The translations under genes were made by a program, and so were the position numbers. From Trichosphaerium sp. ATCC 40318 (Eukaryota > Protista > Tubulinea), in assembly GCA_038496445.1 (NCBI GenBank), contig JALMLS010000539.1, positions 1 to 64,000 of the forward strand: a DNA stretch of 64,000 nucleotides. Direction: 5' to 3'. This document shows positions 50,740 to 63,213 of this stretch, piece after piece; the first letter of the stretch is position 1; each line of letters starts with the position of its first letter. The notes below the pieces were generated by a model. That model had not been told where the DNA came from. It did no database searches and saw only the letters and a list, made by a program, of their open reading frames with translations.

Positions 50740-51301
50740 GACGCGCCAGATTGTTTTTGGTGCTTAACAGAACAAAGCCTAAGTCAAGTTTGTTAGGGTA
50801 AATACTACAAAAAAACAATTAGATCGGAGGTTGTAACTGTTACAAGAATCATTCCTTATAGGAAAAGATGTCAGGCGGAGGTTTATGGGCCCAAATTGTT
50901 ATAAAATTTCCGTGTTACTACGTGCTCCATATTTACTACAAAATAAATTTATGGTTACCTAGCAACAGATGTAACTTGCACGGGCCGAACGGTTTTGAAT
51001 TTTCAGTGATCAGGTTCGGGAGGTTGCGAGATAATCTGAAAACAAGTAAAAATATGAGATCTCAGTAACACCAAATAACACGTTAAGCACTACAAATTTT
51101 TTTCTGAGCGATAGTGGAATACTAGTTGACCAAACACTGATTCCAAGATGAACAGCTTACTGAGAGTAAAGGCTATCTTTTTCATGGCTGTTTGCTGCGT
51201 TTTACACTTTTCGGTGTTAATAATTGTACGACAAAACAAGTTAAGCCAGTGTGGTTTTACCGATCTCTAGCACTTGAGTTGAATAATTGCAAGCTTTGGG
51301 G

Positions 51302-52527
51302 ATGAAGCATATAGCATTAACACTTGGTTTTGGGCTTTTTTTGGCTGTAAATGTAGTTGGTCTCGTATATGCTTCTGTGGAACTCCACAGGTGCGTAACT
51401 GGGTATTTTTCGGCGTATTAATCTTGTTTCAAGTCATTATTCGTCGTTAACGCTTCCTCGATCCTTGAGCGACTTGAAGGAGCTTAATAAGTTTATAGAC
51501 AAGTTTTCTGGTCCAGAACAAATATTAGTAAGCCTATGGGTAGTGACGTTCATTATTCTGTATCCACTACGCATAGAAACTCTTTTTTAACCATTCCTGC
51601 CTGTTTTCATATTAAATCTCACCTTAACTATCAGAAAAACCACCTTTGGCATTCCAGGTAAAGAAAAACGCAGAAATACTGAAAACACCGCAACATTTAG
51701 GATGTTTTAATTCGTTCTGCGCTTAACAGATGCAGTTTTTGCTTAAAATGTTCTTTTAAGGAAGCGTAATGCTTAATATCCTGGTTGGCCGCTTGTACGG
51801 TGTTTATGTGGGATTTATGATTTGCACTACAGTAAGTTTGTTTTTGGGTTTTTTTTTTGGAAATCACGTGATTTTTGTGTTTGGCGTGGTATATTTTAGT
51901 TGACCGTTTGTTTGTTTTTTATAGTTGATAGCTGTTGGATTCTGTTGTACTTATATAATGTCGTATTTGTTCTTTGAAGGACTTGTACGAAGGTATTTTG
52001 ATGAAAGAATCAAGAAACTTAAAAAAATTGTACGTTCTGGTATTTTTTACCATTTGTTCTACCCTTTTTTCGTTAATTCATTGATTATTCTGTAGGTAGA
52101 AGACAATAGATCAGATTTATTTTATTGGCTCATCTTTGCAAGACTTGCACCAATTGTGGTACAATATTTTTCGAAAAAGCTAAATACATATTAACACAAG
52201 TCCACTGTGATTCTTATTTTGGGGTTAGCCTAATTGGTTCTTGAACATAGCTTCTCCTATAGTGAATGTTCCTTTTATGCAGTTTATGATATCATCGCTT
52301 ATAGGTATAGCACCTGCCTGCTATAGTACGACCTTCTTGTTAAAAATGTAACTAATATTTGTTAAGTTACTACACATGCTGGGTCTCTTCTAGCTGAAAT
52401 TCAGTCAATAGAAGAAATAATGAATGTTTGGACAATGTTAAAGATATTAGGAATAGGATGTGTAGCATTGCTGCCAATAGTCATAAAGAGACTTCGAAAA
52501 ACCAAACCTTCAGAAAAAATCAAATAA
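51302..52527 (+). CDS. TMEM41: TMEM41-family (VTT/DedA) membrane protein; start uncertain
   Basis: LTLPRSLSDLK..KTTFGIPGSVMLNILVG.LYG..FARLAP..PNWFLNIASPIVNVPF..F. Confidence 0.85.
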
Positions 52528-52957
52528 ATTGTATTTTATCCAACTGCTTGTTCTTCCACAGGTGTTAGTGAATGATACCGATATAATATCAAGAGACTTA
52601 AATGTGCACAACTAGGGTAAAAGGGTTTGATAGTCTCAAAGAATCAAGTTGATGGAAGTTCAAGTTTTTGTTCTTTGAAACGTCTTGCTACTTTCAGCGC
52701 CTGATTCAACAAACTGTAGGCTGGTCTACCCATGTCTTGGCACCATACATGCGAGCTGTTGAGAACCGTTTAATGACTGAACAGCCCTGATATTTAGCCT
52801 ACTTGTTAATGATGTAACTTCAAATTCTGGTACAATGGCCTAGTGTAAGAATGAATACAAAATGAGACTTTCCAAATTTGTTTCAGAGAACCTCACCTTA
52901 TCTTCAATCCAAGTAAATCGTTCCAACAAGCACTCACAGTGCTGCCACTGAGCAAAC

Positions 52958-53839
52958 ATGGAATCCAAGCAAGAAGCAAGGGGAAAGCGACTATTTCAAG
53001 CAACTGACAATAGCAATTTCGCGCTTCCTACGGAAATAGTAGCTGGTATACTTGTTTATACTGACATTTCTCCTGTCAAACTGTTACTTCTCTCAAAGCG
53101 CATTAAAAGTGATTTGGAAGCAAATCCATCGTTTTGGAAGAAAAACTATCGTTCGTTGGTAAAACTAGCACACGAGGCGTCAGAAAAGCCGTTCAATTCA
53201 TTATCAATCGATGCTGGCGGTTTTTTCGCTAAAAACTTTACAATAACCGCTACAGGTTTTCTGAGCGTAGAGGAAGCCCCTGATATGAACGATATTGATA
53301 ATGAGCTTGCTCATTACAAGTCACTGTTTCAGAGTTTGTTGTTTGGTCGCCGCTTGGAGAAAATCATTGAAAACAGCATAGATGAAGAGATAGAGCTCCG
53401 AGACATTTTTGGATGTAATTATTGCGAGCCACGTCCTTTCGCTTTCAAGATTTCAAAAGCACGTGATGAAACACCAGATATTAATAAAGCTTTTCAAAGT
53501 GTTTGTGAGGATGGAAAAGTATTTGATGATGAAGACGATAATCTTTTTGATGTATGTGATCATAAAAAGTTTATGGATACTATCAAGGAAGAGTGTTTAG
53601 ATGATGATAGTGAAGATGATAATGATAATGATGACGATGACGATGATAGCGAAGACAGGGGTGTAGAGAAAAAATGTTTTCATTCTTTTAACAAGCTAAT
53701 CATTGCACTAATGAATAATCGTGATGATGTTTTACAGTGTGCTAATTATACTGGTGATGAAGTTGCTGTATGGGTACTTCACACAGTGGAACCTAAAACG
53801 CAAATATTATCTGGAGTTATGCTTGTAATGTCTTTGTAG
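52958..53839 (+). CDS. F-box-like protein with acidic tract, intronless
   Basis: FALPTEIVAGILVY..LLLLSKRI..PSFWK in a 293-aa open frame. Confidence 0.7.
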   Translation: MESKQEARGKRLFQATDNSNFALPTEIVAGILVYTDISPVKLLLLSKRIKSDLEANPSFWKKNYRSLVKLAHEASEKPFNSLSIDAGGFFAKNFTITATGFLSVEEAPDMNDIDNELAHYKSLFQSLLFGRRLEKIIENSIDEEIELRDIFGCNYCEPRPFAFKISKARDETPDINKAFQSVCEDGKVFDDEDDNLFDVCDHKKFMDTIKEECLDDDSEDDNDNDDDDDDSEDRGVEKKCFHSFNKLIIALMNNRDDVLQCANYTGDEVAVWVLHTVEPKTQILSGVMLVMSL

Positions 53840-54065
53840 AAATGGTAATACAATAAAATCATTAGTAGTAGAGTGGCCATCGTCTGCTTTGTTTGGAACA
53901 CTATAACATCGCACTTTGATTTTGTGGTGATAACAAATACCATCAATTTAGTACTGTGTAAGTCAAGTATTGTCTCGCCCACGTGATGTTGATGAGAGAG
54001 TGAAAATCCAACAACTACTGATACTTTTTTATTTTCATTTGATACAAATGTATGGTATCTCTAAA

Positions 54066-54761
54066 CTACTTTGAGGCAACCATTTCTTTCTGACAAATTC
54101 GTATTAAATCATGCAATAGCTAGAATCAAAATATTAATTAAAGCAGATAAGTCAAAAAGAGAACATACGTCTTCAATGTTAACGTTGCCTTTCGCTGAAA
54201 TCTCAACATGACTACAACCTAAGTTACGTGCTAACAATTCCCCGTGCTCTTTTAAGACTACCCGAGAATCGGAGAGGTCTGTTTTATTGCCTACAATGAT
54301 AGCTGGAGGCGCTCGTTCTTGGTTGTTCCTAAAAGACGTTAACTGCATTTGTTGCTGCCTTGAATACCTTGTAGCGAGTTGGTAGTGTTCGGTTATTGCG
54401 TCAAAGCTGTCTTTGTCCGTTACAGAGTAAACAAAGCAATAACAATCGGCCATTCTGCTAAAGGTATCAAGAAACACGCTAGTTTCGCCTGAACACACAT
54501 CGTGTATTTCGGCCATGACAACTTCACTTTAAAAAGTTAGTACTAGCTTTATATTAGTAATAATACGCACTTATCAACTTCTAGCTGCTTTCTGTACGAT
54601 TCTGAAATGGTAGGGTCTAGTTCTGTTACAAACTCGTTTTGTATCCATCTTATAACGGTTGAGCTCTTTCCGACGCCCTCAGAACCGTATACAACTATGT
54701 TTACTTCTTTTGGTGTTGTGCTGCAACATGATTTTGCTTTACTGCTTTTACTATTCCCCAT
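54066..54761 (-). CDS. Atypical Ras-family small GTPase (3 introns)
   Basis: GSEGVGKSS, DPTISESYRK, VYSVTDKDSF, IVGNKTDL, EISAK. N-terminus MGNSKSS..CC; ends ICQKEMVASK*. Confidence 0.88.
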
Positions 54762-55558
54762 GCCAACCAGACAACACAAAGGCCAGTTTATATTGGTTTC
54801 TATGTACAATAGACGACTGCAGAATGTACAAAAGCCAGTTCTATTTTAAAACTAATTAAGCTTCCAAGAAAAGTTAAGCGTACAATGAGTAAAGCTCTTT
54901 ATGCTCTATTCACCTTAAGCAGTAACTGTTTGTCAGCACCTATCATTGCAAATACATTGACACTATTGACAACACCTGAGATTTTTGTCCTGCCGGTGTA
55001 GCGTCACTATGTAGAAATACAAAATAAAAAAAACAAAAAACATTGAGCTTGTTTTAATCTTGGTGCGTATCCACAAAAGAGTCGCCTCCTAAAATTTATC
55101 CACGTGCTTCAAAGAAATTATAGAGTATGTACGCTTAGTAGCTTGCTTATATGGACCTCCTCAATCACTTTTTCTTGTTATTGAGCATTTATATAAGATT
55201 GTTACGCCCTACTCTTTTCATTTACATCCTTACCAGCAATGCCCAAAGAGCTATGCCCAGCCAAACATTTGATTATCGTAGCTTTTCATTTAGAGCAGAT
55301 TTTACCGAGAATCTGGATGTACAAAGCAACATTAGGACATTTTAACACATTGTCAGGTTCACCTACTGAAACATTGATACTACTTCATCGTGGCAAAGTG
55401 AGATTATGGAAAATTATTCAAATCTCGATGAGTGATCAATTATGACAGATTTTATGTGTCAGGTCAGTTTTGATAAAGATTACGAATTCCATAAAGTCAA
55501 CCACGTGATTTATTATTATTTCTAACTAATACAAGCAACGCAATGAAATAGTATGACA

Positions 55559-56030
55559 TTAGTCCACAACCAATATTGATACCATCATGTCAGGATAGTT
55601 GGAGGAGGAAACAGCTTCCCTCTTTTCTGTCAGTGCCGTAGCAATAAAACCATCCCTTGTAAAGCTTTCTGTTCTTAGCCAGGTTCTACAAAACTTAGCA
55701 CCGTGTACCTCACATAACCATATAGTTTACGTCATTACGTCTATTGACAAACGAGACAGTAAACTTATTTGCTTGTACAGATACTCTAAGCCCTCGTGAC
55801 GCATGTACAGTTCCATCAGCTGTCATACGAATAAATAGCTGCTGCTTGGGCGTTGATTGCTTCAGTGTACTTATTTCGTTATCGAGACGAGCTTGTAGGT
55901 CGTGAAGTGCCATTGACATTGGATCAGGCAAACAAGCCTGAAACACATCGTTTTGATCTAAATAGCCAATAGATACTCCACTGTTATCATAAATCTGTTT
56001 CCAGCCTGTAGGTAGTGTGGTTTCAGACAT
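55559..56030 (-). CDS. Hypothetical protein with degenerate WW-like N-terminus
   Basis: MSETTLPTGWKQIYDNSG..YL; one putative intron; 3' exon uncertain. Confidence 0.4.
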
Positions 56031-56269
56031 GTTAAGCCAAAAAATTGACAACTAAAGTTTTTCAAACTTAATAGTTCCTAGGAGGAACTCAAAAAAAAAA
56101 CGTGTTCACACTGTTTAACATGTGTTTTATTCAGCAAAAAGTGGCTAGTAGCAATGAGGTCAGGTATTGGCAGCAAGAACATACTCAGTAGTAAGGATAG
56201 GCTCAAATCCTCTGATCTAGTACTAATGAACTACGAAGAATGAATTTATTGTTCCAATTAATCTTATTA

Positions 56270-57348
56270 TTACGCAAATGATGCCTCAACAAAAAACTCA
56301 ATACCAAGAGCTTCAACAGCTTCTTTAGTTATTCTACCAATTGAGTGTTCATCAACGCAAATACTCTTTAGATTCTTGAGGTACTTTAAACAATCATTTG
56401 TCATCAACGACTCTGTAATAGAGAGGTGCTCTACAGTGACCAAATGTTTAAGACCTTCATCACTAATTTCTCTGCAACCAAAGAGAGATAACTCCTTTAC
56501 CTTCTTCAAATGCTTAATACCATCATTTGTAATATCTGCAAGCCATACTGTAATTTCATCAACATGTGTAAGTGCAGCAAGCCATGAATCTTTTGCTGCA
56601 CTTCCAACAGTTACGCTTTGTAAGTTTTTGAGCTCTCTTAGTCCTAGTGGTGTAATACAATTACATTCATTAAGAAAAAGTGAACGAGATCCCTTAAGTG
56701 CTCTAAGTGAGGCATCAGTGATATCTGTAAAATGAACAGATATATCAAGTTCAATGTTTCCATTATCTGTTAAAGCTAGCACGCTTTTATCCGTTATGTT
56801 GGTATGACCAAGGTCTATCCTTTTAATACCAACAAGAAATGATATAGATTCATCTGTTATAGCCTTGTTGGACGCTACACTAAGACTTTTAAGTCCAGTA
56901 CCAACAAAAAGTTTTACAATATCATCAGTTGCGTCCTTTGGTAATGTCAAGTGTTGAACGCCAATGAGTGCTTTGTATCCCTCCTCTGTTGCGTGTGTCT
57001 TACAGACACGTAAATGGAGTTTACGTACACCGGCTAGACAAAATAAATCCGCATCTGCCAGGTGCTCTGGTCATCACCATCGTGAAACTGGTTGTCGGTT
57101 ATAATTATTTCCGTGCTTTTAAGCAGTGGGCTTGACTTAAGCACAGAACAGTCCCAACGCTTGGTTAGGTGTATCACGCCAAAGCCTATATCATTGCGAA
57201 TGATATTATTGAAGCGATGCGATACTTGAGACGCTGTTATACAAGCTTTTCTAGGTAAAAACCGTAGAATCTCTGCTACAGTCTCTCCAGGGAATTCTAA
57301 TAGAGTGGCGGATACACTAGGCGCTATTGCACGCTTTTTAGCCGCCAT
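56270..57348 (-). CDS. F-box + LRR protein with one frameshift near 57070 (pseudogene or assembly indel)
   Basis: LLEFPGETVAEILRFL..VSHRFNNIIRNDIGF..LKST; the shifted frame EHLADADLFCLAGVRKLHL.. is continuous with LRR ORF 56270-56950. Confidence 0.75.
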
Positions 57349-59050
57349 TTTATTCTATACGGCGTTAATCGCTCGCTAGATGTACATTACGTACCGAAGG
57401 TGGCGTTACAGTTTGGTTGCGAACTGAAGAAATGAATAATTGGAAGGACTTTTTTTGACATTCGAACCAAATCGGAGAAATGAATCCCAATCGATTCAGA
57501 CAATGTAAAGAAGTTGTCTTTTCTGACATATTTGTACGTATTAAAATTAGCCTGGAAACTTGAGACACGTGGGCAACAGTGTTTTTTACCGTGAAGAAAA
57601 GCTAAAACATGTGCGAGTACGCCATTACAATAGAAGGATGTCGTATTTTTGAGAAGAATGTAGTTGGTGCAACAGCTGCACTCGCAGAAGTATAGCCTGT
57701 ATTCACATCGTGAAAACTAACAATGTCCTATTGAAGCAAAGCAAATCGCTGACATTGATAAAATACAGAAGGGATTGTGAAGTTGATACAAAGAATCTAT
57801 CACTCACAGATACAACCAATACATGCCTTCAAAAAAGTGCATCTTGTTGTTTGACCAAACACATTGTTTCTTGTTGATTTACTAACATGAGGTACTAGAC
57901 TATAACTGTTTTATATGCCTGTTTTGACCAGGCAAGTGTTAGTACTGTCCATACAATAAATGCAGTGTTTACTGCCATAGTAGCACTTGCATTAGTTGGT
58001 TTTTCAAAGCACATTACTAGCATTGTTTTACACAATAAACACAACTTTATAGCAACAAGTACAACCAACCATCCTATTAGAATATCGTTTTAGTTGAGTG
58101 TTTAGAAATAGTGCAATGAAGTGGTACACCATAGTAAACTGAAATGAAATTACAATAAAAATTGTAATTTAAGTTTGACCTGAAATAATGCTAATTCTTG
58201 CCAGCTTAAGTGTTTTTCGTAATAGTTTGTGAGCTGACAGGTAACCCACTATAGTACACAAGTTATATTGTTGATTTCCTTATGGAGTACTTTAATTGTA
58301 GGGCAGAAAGTTCGGTGCTTGCTAATGCCATTTATCGGGAAAACTAAACCGTGGTTTTAAGTTTCATCCCACTAAAAATAAAACCCTCGTAAAACGTGAC
58401 TAAACATACATGTTGTTTTTAAAAAAATTCCGATACTTGTGGCCACCTCGATACTCAGTACTGAGATCATACCAGTACAAGATAGTGTTGTTTTTACAGT
58501 CCGCTTATCTATTGGCTGAAACGCTAGTTGACATAAAAGACGAATACGTTACAAATGCATACGTGCTATCGACAATAGAGGTTGGTGTCTCGTAACATAG
58601 TGTTATTCTTTGGTGTCACTTTTCAATCAATGGCCTCAATAGATGGAGTTACACAACAAAAAGTTGGTTTTATTTCATTACGGAGGTAGACTTTAATGTT
58701 TAATACAACCATAATGAGCTAGAGTTCCTTGGCGAGTTGAAAGTATCACTGAAAAGAGAAAAATAAAGTATCGGCTTTGAGAGTGTTATTTATTATTCTT
58801 ACGATATATTTCAGCTATAAGCCCATCTGTTTAGTAACCACTCAAGGTTACAATGAAAAGACAAGGAATCTACACTTTCAGACTTTCACCGATTCTTTAT
58901 TGGTCTTCTCAAAGCATATCATGACCACTGCAACCACTTAGATAATATTGTAAATAGAGTAATAATATAGGGTGGGGCTACATTAATTGTTGCTTGTATG
59001 TGCAGAAAGCTATGTGTTTATTCTTAAAATACAAACTATTTACAAAGTTT

Positions 59051-59925
59051 TTAAGAGTCAGATTCAGAATCAGAATCAGAGTCATCGTCTTTCTTTTTGC
59101 CTTTAGGAGCTTCAGCGTTCTCAACAACTTGTTGATATCCTGCTTGTAGTTGTGGATCATCGAATTTTTGAAGAGAGGCACCAGTGAGGCTTGTTTTGTT
59201 CTTTCCAGCGAGTTTAGTGTACTTCCTTAACATCTTGGCAAAAGGTACAATATTCTTGCGTCCAACAGAGAAACATAATATCACTTTACTTACTCCTTTA
59301 TCACGAGGTACCAAACGGACCTTTACAACACAATGTTAGATGGCATACTAAGAGTGTTTTTAACAATAATTAACCAGCCTTACCATGTCTCTTTGGGTTG
59401 GACCTGTTGCCTTCTTTTGACCCATGACATACTTTTGATCACCGTTGAGGATGAGAGTGATACAGTGACTTGGAAAACCAATTGGGCCTACACCAAATAA
59501 ACAAACGTCTTTCTCAAGAATTACGAAGAACAGAAAAAATAATGTTTGTTTTACACTCACCTCTTTGACCACTGTAGATGATTAAGTAGACTGTTTCTGG
59601 ACGTCCGCCAGGTTTATTCTCAATAAGGAGATTCATGTAACTTGTTTTGTAAGCCGCTTGAACAAGAGACATGCCTATTTTGTATCTGAACTGATGAAAT
59701 GGCCAATAACCGATGGCTTGATATTCTGTCTTTCCTTTGATAGCTTTCGTTAATCTTTCGATTGTTGGTACAACTTCATGGATATTGTTTTGATTGTAGA
59801 AAAGATCTTTGCCAATCTATTGTATCATTGGTAAACAAACACGAATATGAAAAAAAAAAAAAAAAGCAACGAAATAAAACTGTTTTACCAAGCACGTGTT
59901 GATATCTATCACGTACTTGAGTCAT
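59051..59925 (-). CDS. Hypothetical protein with acidic DS-repeat tail, multi-exon
   Basis: Splice-compatible exons from MTQ to KKKDDDSDSDSESDS*; no family recognised. Confidence 0.6.
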
Positions 59926-60465
59926 TGTTCTTTATTGTTTGGAGGAGTTTGTTTTTGTTCTGTTGATGTGTTTGTCTTTGTGTGTAAGAGATTATGTAGT
60001 TAAGTTGACGCAAAAAAATACTCACGTGAAGTTCACCAGATTAAGGAAAAAAAATATCACATCATCCTCATGAAAAGAAAACAAAATGATTCCCGTGATA
60101 TTCCCCTGTACTCTTTAAATGAATATTAAACTGGTTTGGAGAAATCGTGTTTTATCGTGTAATTTATCACGCACATTATCTCAAAAGTCACGTGATGGCT
60201 TATATGGCGTAATTAAAGCCTAATCGAGTCCTTGAGTGGTTCAGTAGGTTCTACGTAGGTTTTTGAATGTGAAAGTTCGTGTGATCACTTTTTTGTGGAG
60301 AAGGCAAACGTTCAAAAAAACACCAAGACTAACATTGACTCATATACCTTGCGCTTAACAAAACATAAACAAAACACAACAACAACAACAACAACAACAA
60401 CCTCTTAACAAGTGCGAATAGAGAATACACTTTACATTCAAAAACTAACTTGCAGCGGATAGAAA

Positions 60466-61312
60466 ATGTCTCAAAAAGAATACACTAAACTGTACAAAGA
60501 AGCCCTAAAGGACAATTTGGAAAAAGCCATCAAGTTGTTTAAGGAAACTGTTCCTAACGCTGACAAAACAGAACTTGCACAAGCGATTGAGGAGCAAAAA
60601 AAGACATTAAAGGAAAAAGGGACTGAAATCACGAAAGTGAAACCAGTTACTGACAAAGATTTCGGCCAGGCACAACGTGGAAATAAATGCCAAAAAGCTT
60701 TGATCAAATTTGGTATTGCTACTTTTCGTAAGTACCCTTCTCCCTTTGCTTTCTCTAAAAGCGTTTATCACTGACTTTATATTGTCACTTAGGTATGGTC
60801 CTGAAAATGATTGGGATTCCTGACGAGATTGCTGGCGGAGCTGCTGAGGAACTCATGAATGGAGAGGAAGATCCTAAAGAAAAGTTCAAGAAAGCTTTTT
60901 TAGCTATCAAGAAAGTACGTAAATATACATTTGGTAGCACACTAACAGTCATCTGTTTAGGCGACAAGTGAAAAAGGAAAAGCTAAAGCAATCATTGGAT
61001 TCATAAAGGCAATATCAACGAAAAAAATACTCAAAGCTCTCAAGAACCAATTCAAGAAGCACTCAAAGAAAACAAAGTAAGTACACGATCGAAGCAGTTT
61101 TTTTTTATGTTGTTGCTAATCCTTTTTGTTTCAGACTCAAATGGTTGAAATGGGGTTTGATTCTTACTGCTAAACTGGTTGCCATTTTTGCAACTGATGG
61201 AGTCGCATTGATTGCTATGATTATATTGGCACTGTTTGATGCTGCAAAGTGGGTTACAGCTCTAAACGCTGTTAGAAAAGAATGCTTCAAAAAGAGTACA
61301 ACCACTACGTGA
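60466..61312 (+). CDS. Lys-rich helical protein with C-terminal hydrophobic hairpin, 3 introns
   Basis: Ends WLKWGLILTAKLVAIFATDGVALIAMIILALFDAAKWVTALNAVRKECFKKSTTTT*. Confidence 0.7.
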
Positions 61313-61977
61313 ATCAGCAAGCAACATTTTATTCAATAAAGCAATTTCCATTTACGAACAGTATAATTTCTGAGATGTGAAAAATCTCGAATTTTCAGTG
61401 CTGGTTTGGTTTGCGTCTGGCTGTTAATTCTTACAAGAGTACGGATGCCGAATTGCTTAAAGTAGAATTTTTTTCAGCAAGAGCTTTTCGGAGAGTGCTC
61501 AGGAATAAACTAACTAACACCAACTCAGTTTGCTGTATACACAAATACACAAAGCGGTTTTGTGGAGATTAGTGAAAAGCAAGAAATTGTCATGTGATAA
61601 GACGTCCTACGCATATTTTAGCTCAAGAATGTAGTGACTGTATTTACAGCTAAAAGTTATTTTGGTTAAACAGAGTGCGTGAGAGTAGTTTGGGTTAAAA
61701 AAAAGCGTCTGGTGGCTTCCAATGAAGCCTAACAACTTTCAATTTATCATAACCATAACGGTTATGTCGATAACCAGTTTTCTAAGACCTATAGTTTGTC
61801 ACCCGATTAGCCGATAAGAACCCATCACTACTTCGTACATAGTACCAAGGTGTCACATGCACAAGACTAGAGCATTTGTTGTGACAATATCACGGAACTG
61901 CGGTCCAAGCTTTTCAAGATAATTTACGCGCTTTACCAAATCTCATTTGGGAACATAAAAAATAGAATTCATAAATT

Positions 61978-62644
61978 ATGGTGTTGTACTCTCTGGTTGT
62001 TGTATTGGCGTGTATTGGCTGTATGATTAAAGGACAAATTACAGATGTCAACGACGCAAGTAATATTTGCCAACAAAAGCACGTGATACTACGAAACTTA
62101 CGTTATAATATAACTGTGATTTAGTGGCCACTTTAGGTACAGACTACTATTACACATGTAATAACCAAAACATAGGAGATGTCGTGTTTCTGGAAGATAC
62201 AGTGATTGTTGTTGGTTCTAACTCATCAATCTCAATAGGAGGATGTCCTATTTTTAAAGACAACATAGTCGTTGATACAACTGCAGTGAGTATTGACTCG
62301 TTGACATTGATGAACTTTAGAGATGATTGCGTAATTGATACACAAAACATATCACTTTCAGACATGAACTCATGTTTTAAACAAAGTGCGTAATAACAAC
62401 AAGTTGAAAGTGTTTCCTAACCTTCTCCCAAACAGTTGGAAGTTTATTTGTCTTATTTTCTTCATCCTGTTCAACACAATCAGACAGTGGCACTGATTTT
62501 CCAGTGTTATCAGTAGTGATAGCAATTATAGTTGTAGCTATTCTTGTAATTTTGATATTGGTGTTGACATTGATCATTCCATCAGGCGAGAGCACATTTA
62601 TCCTTACAATTGGTCAAACCATTCAAAACGAAAAAGGAATGTAG
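61978..62644 (+). CDS. Small type I membrane protein (signal peptide, Cys module, TM); probable frameshift after the TM
   Basis: MVLYSLVVVLACIG; SISIGGCPIF..LMNF..C..C..LFVLF..C; TM VLSVVIAIIVVAILVILILVLTLII. Confidence 0.6.
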
Positions 62645-63213
62645 TATCACAATAAATAGAAACGACATAAACACTTTTTGTGTACCTACATTATTATTAT
62701 GTTTCTCTTTGTTTATCCTCAGAAGCTTACAGATGGTAGGACAACAGCTTGGGATCTAGTCTAAAAACTATGACAACAACTTACCTGAATATGTCTTTTA
62801 GTGTTAGTTAAGTAGTAATAATAGAAGCTATGTCACCATCACGTGTTACAACTGTTACAACAATAGTTTGATCATCATCAACATACGTAACAGGACGTAC
62901 CTAATCCTTAAACTTGGCTACTAAAAACTTGGGTTTCGGTACCAACAGAAGTACGCATGTGACGAGACTGGTATGCACGAAAACTTAGCATCGTGGTGGC
63001 TCGAAGAAGCCTAGTAAGTTGTTAAGATTAAAGCATGCGCCAACCATCAGTAGTATACCTGTTACACTGTAAAGCTGCAAAAAACCAACTTACGTAGTAG
63101 ATAATTTCTGGCTTAGCCCTTTGGTAATTAAAGACACCTTTATAACAGGTAAAGAGAACTCCGTTTCTTTATTTCTTTTTTTGTACAACACAAATACTCT
63201 ATTATACAATGAT

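Noticed and set aside
57067-57077. 11-nt GT..AG segment (GTGATGACCAG on minus) whose removal would restore the F-box-LRR frame
   Set aside because: Shorter than any spliceosomal intron I know of and far below the intron sizes here; a 1-nt indel is simpler.
57400-59000. Long gene-poor stretch with short ORF fragments
   Set aside because: No recognisable product, repeat structure or termini.
60377-60400. (CAA)n tract upstream of the 60466 gene
   Set aside because: Ordinary short microsatellite.
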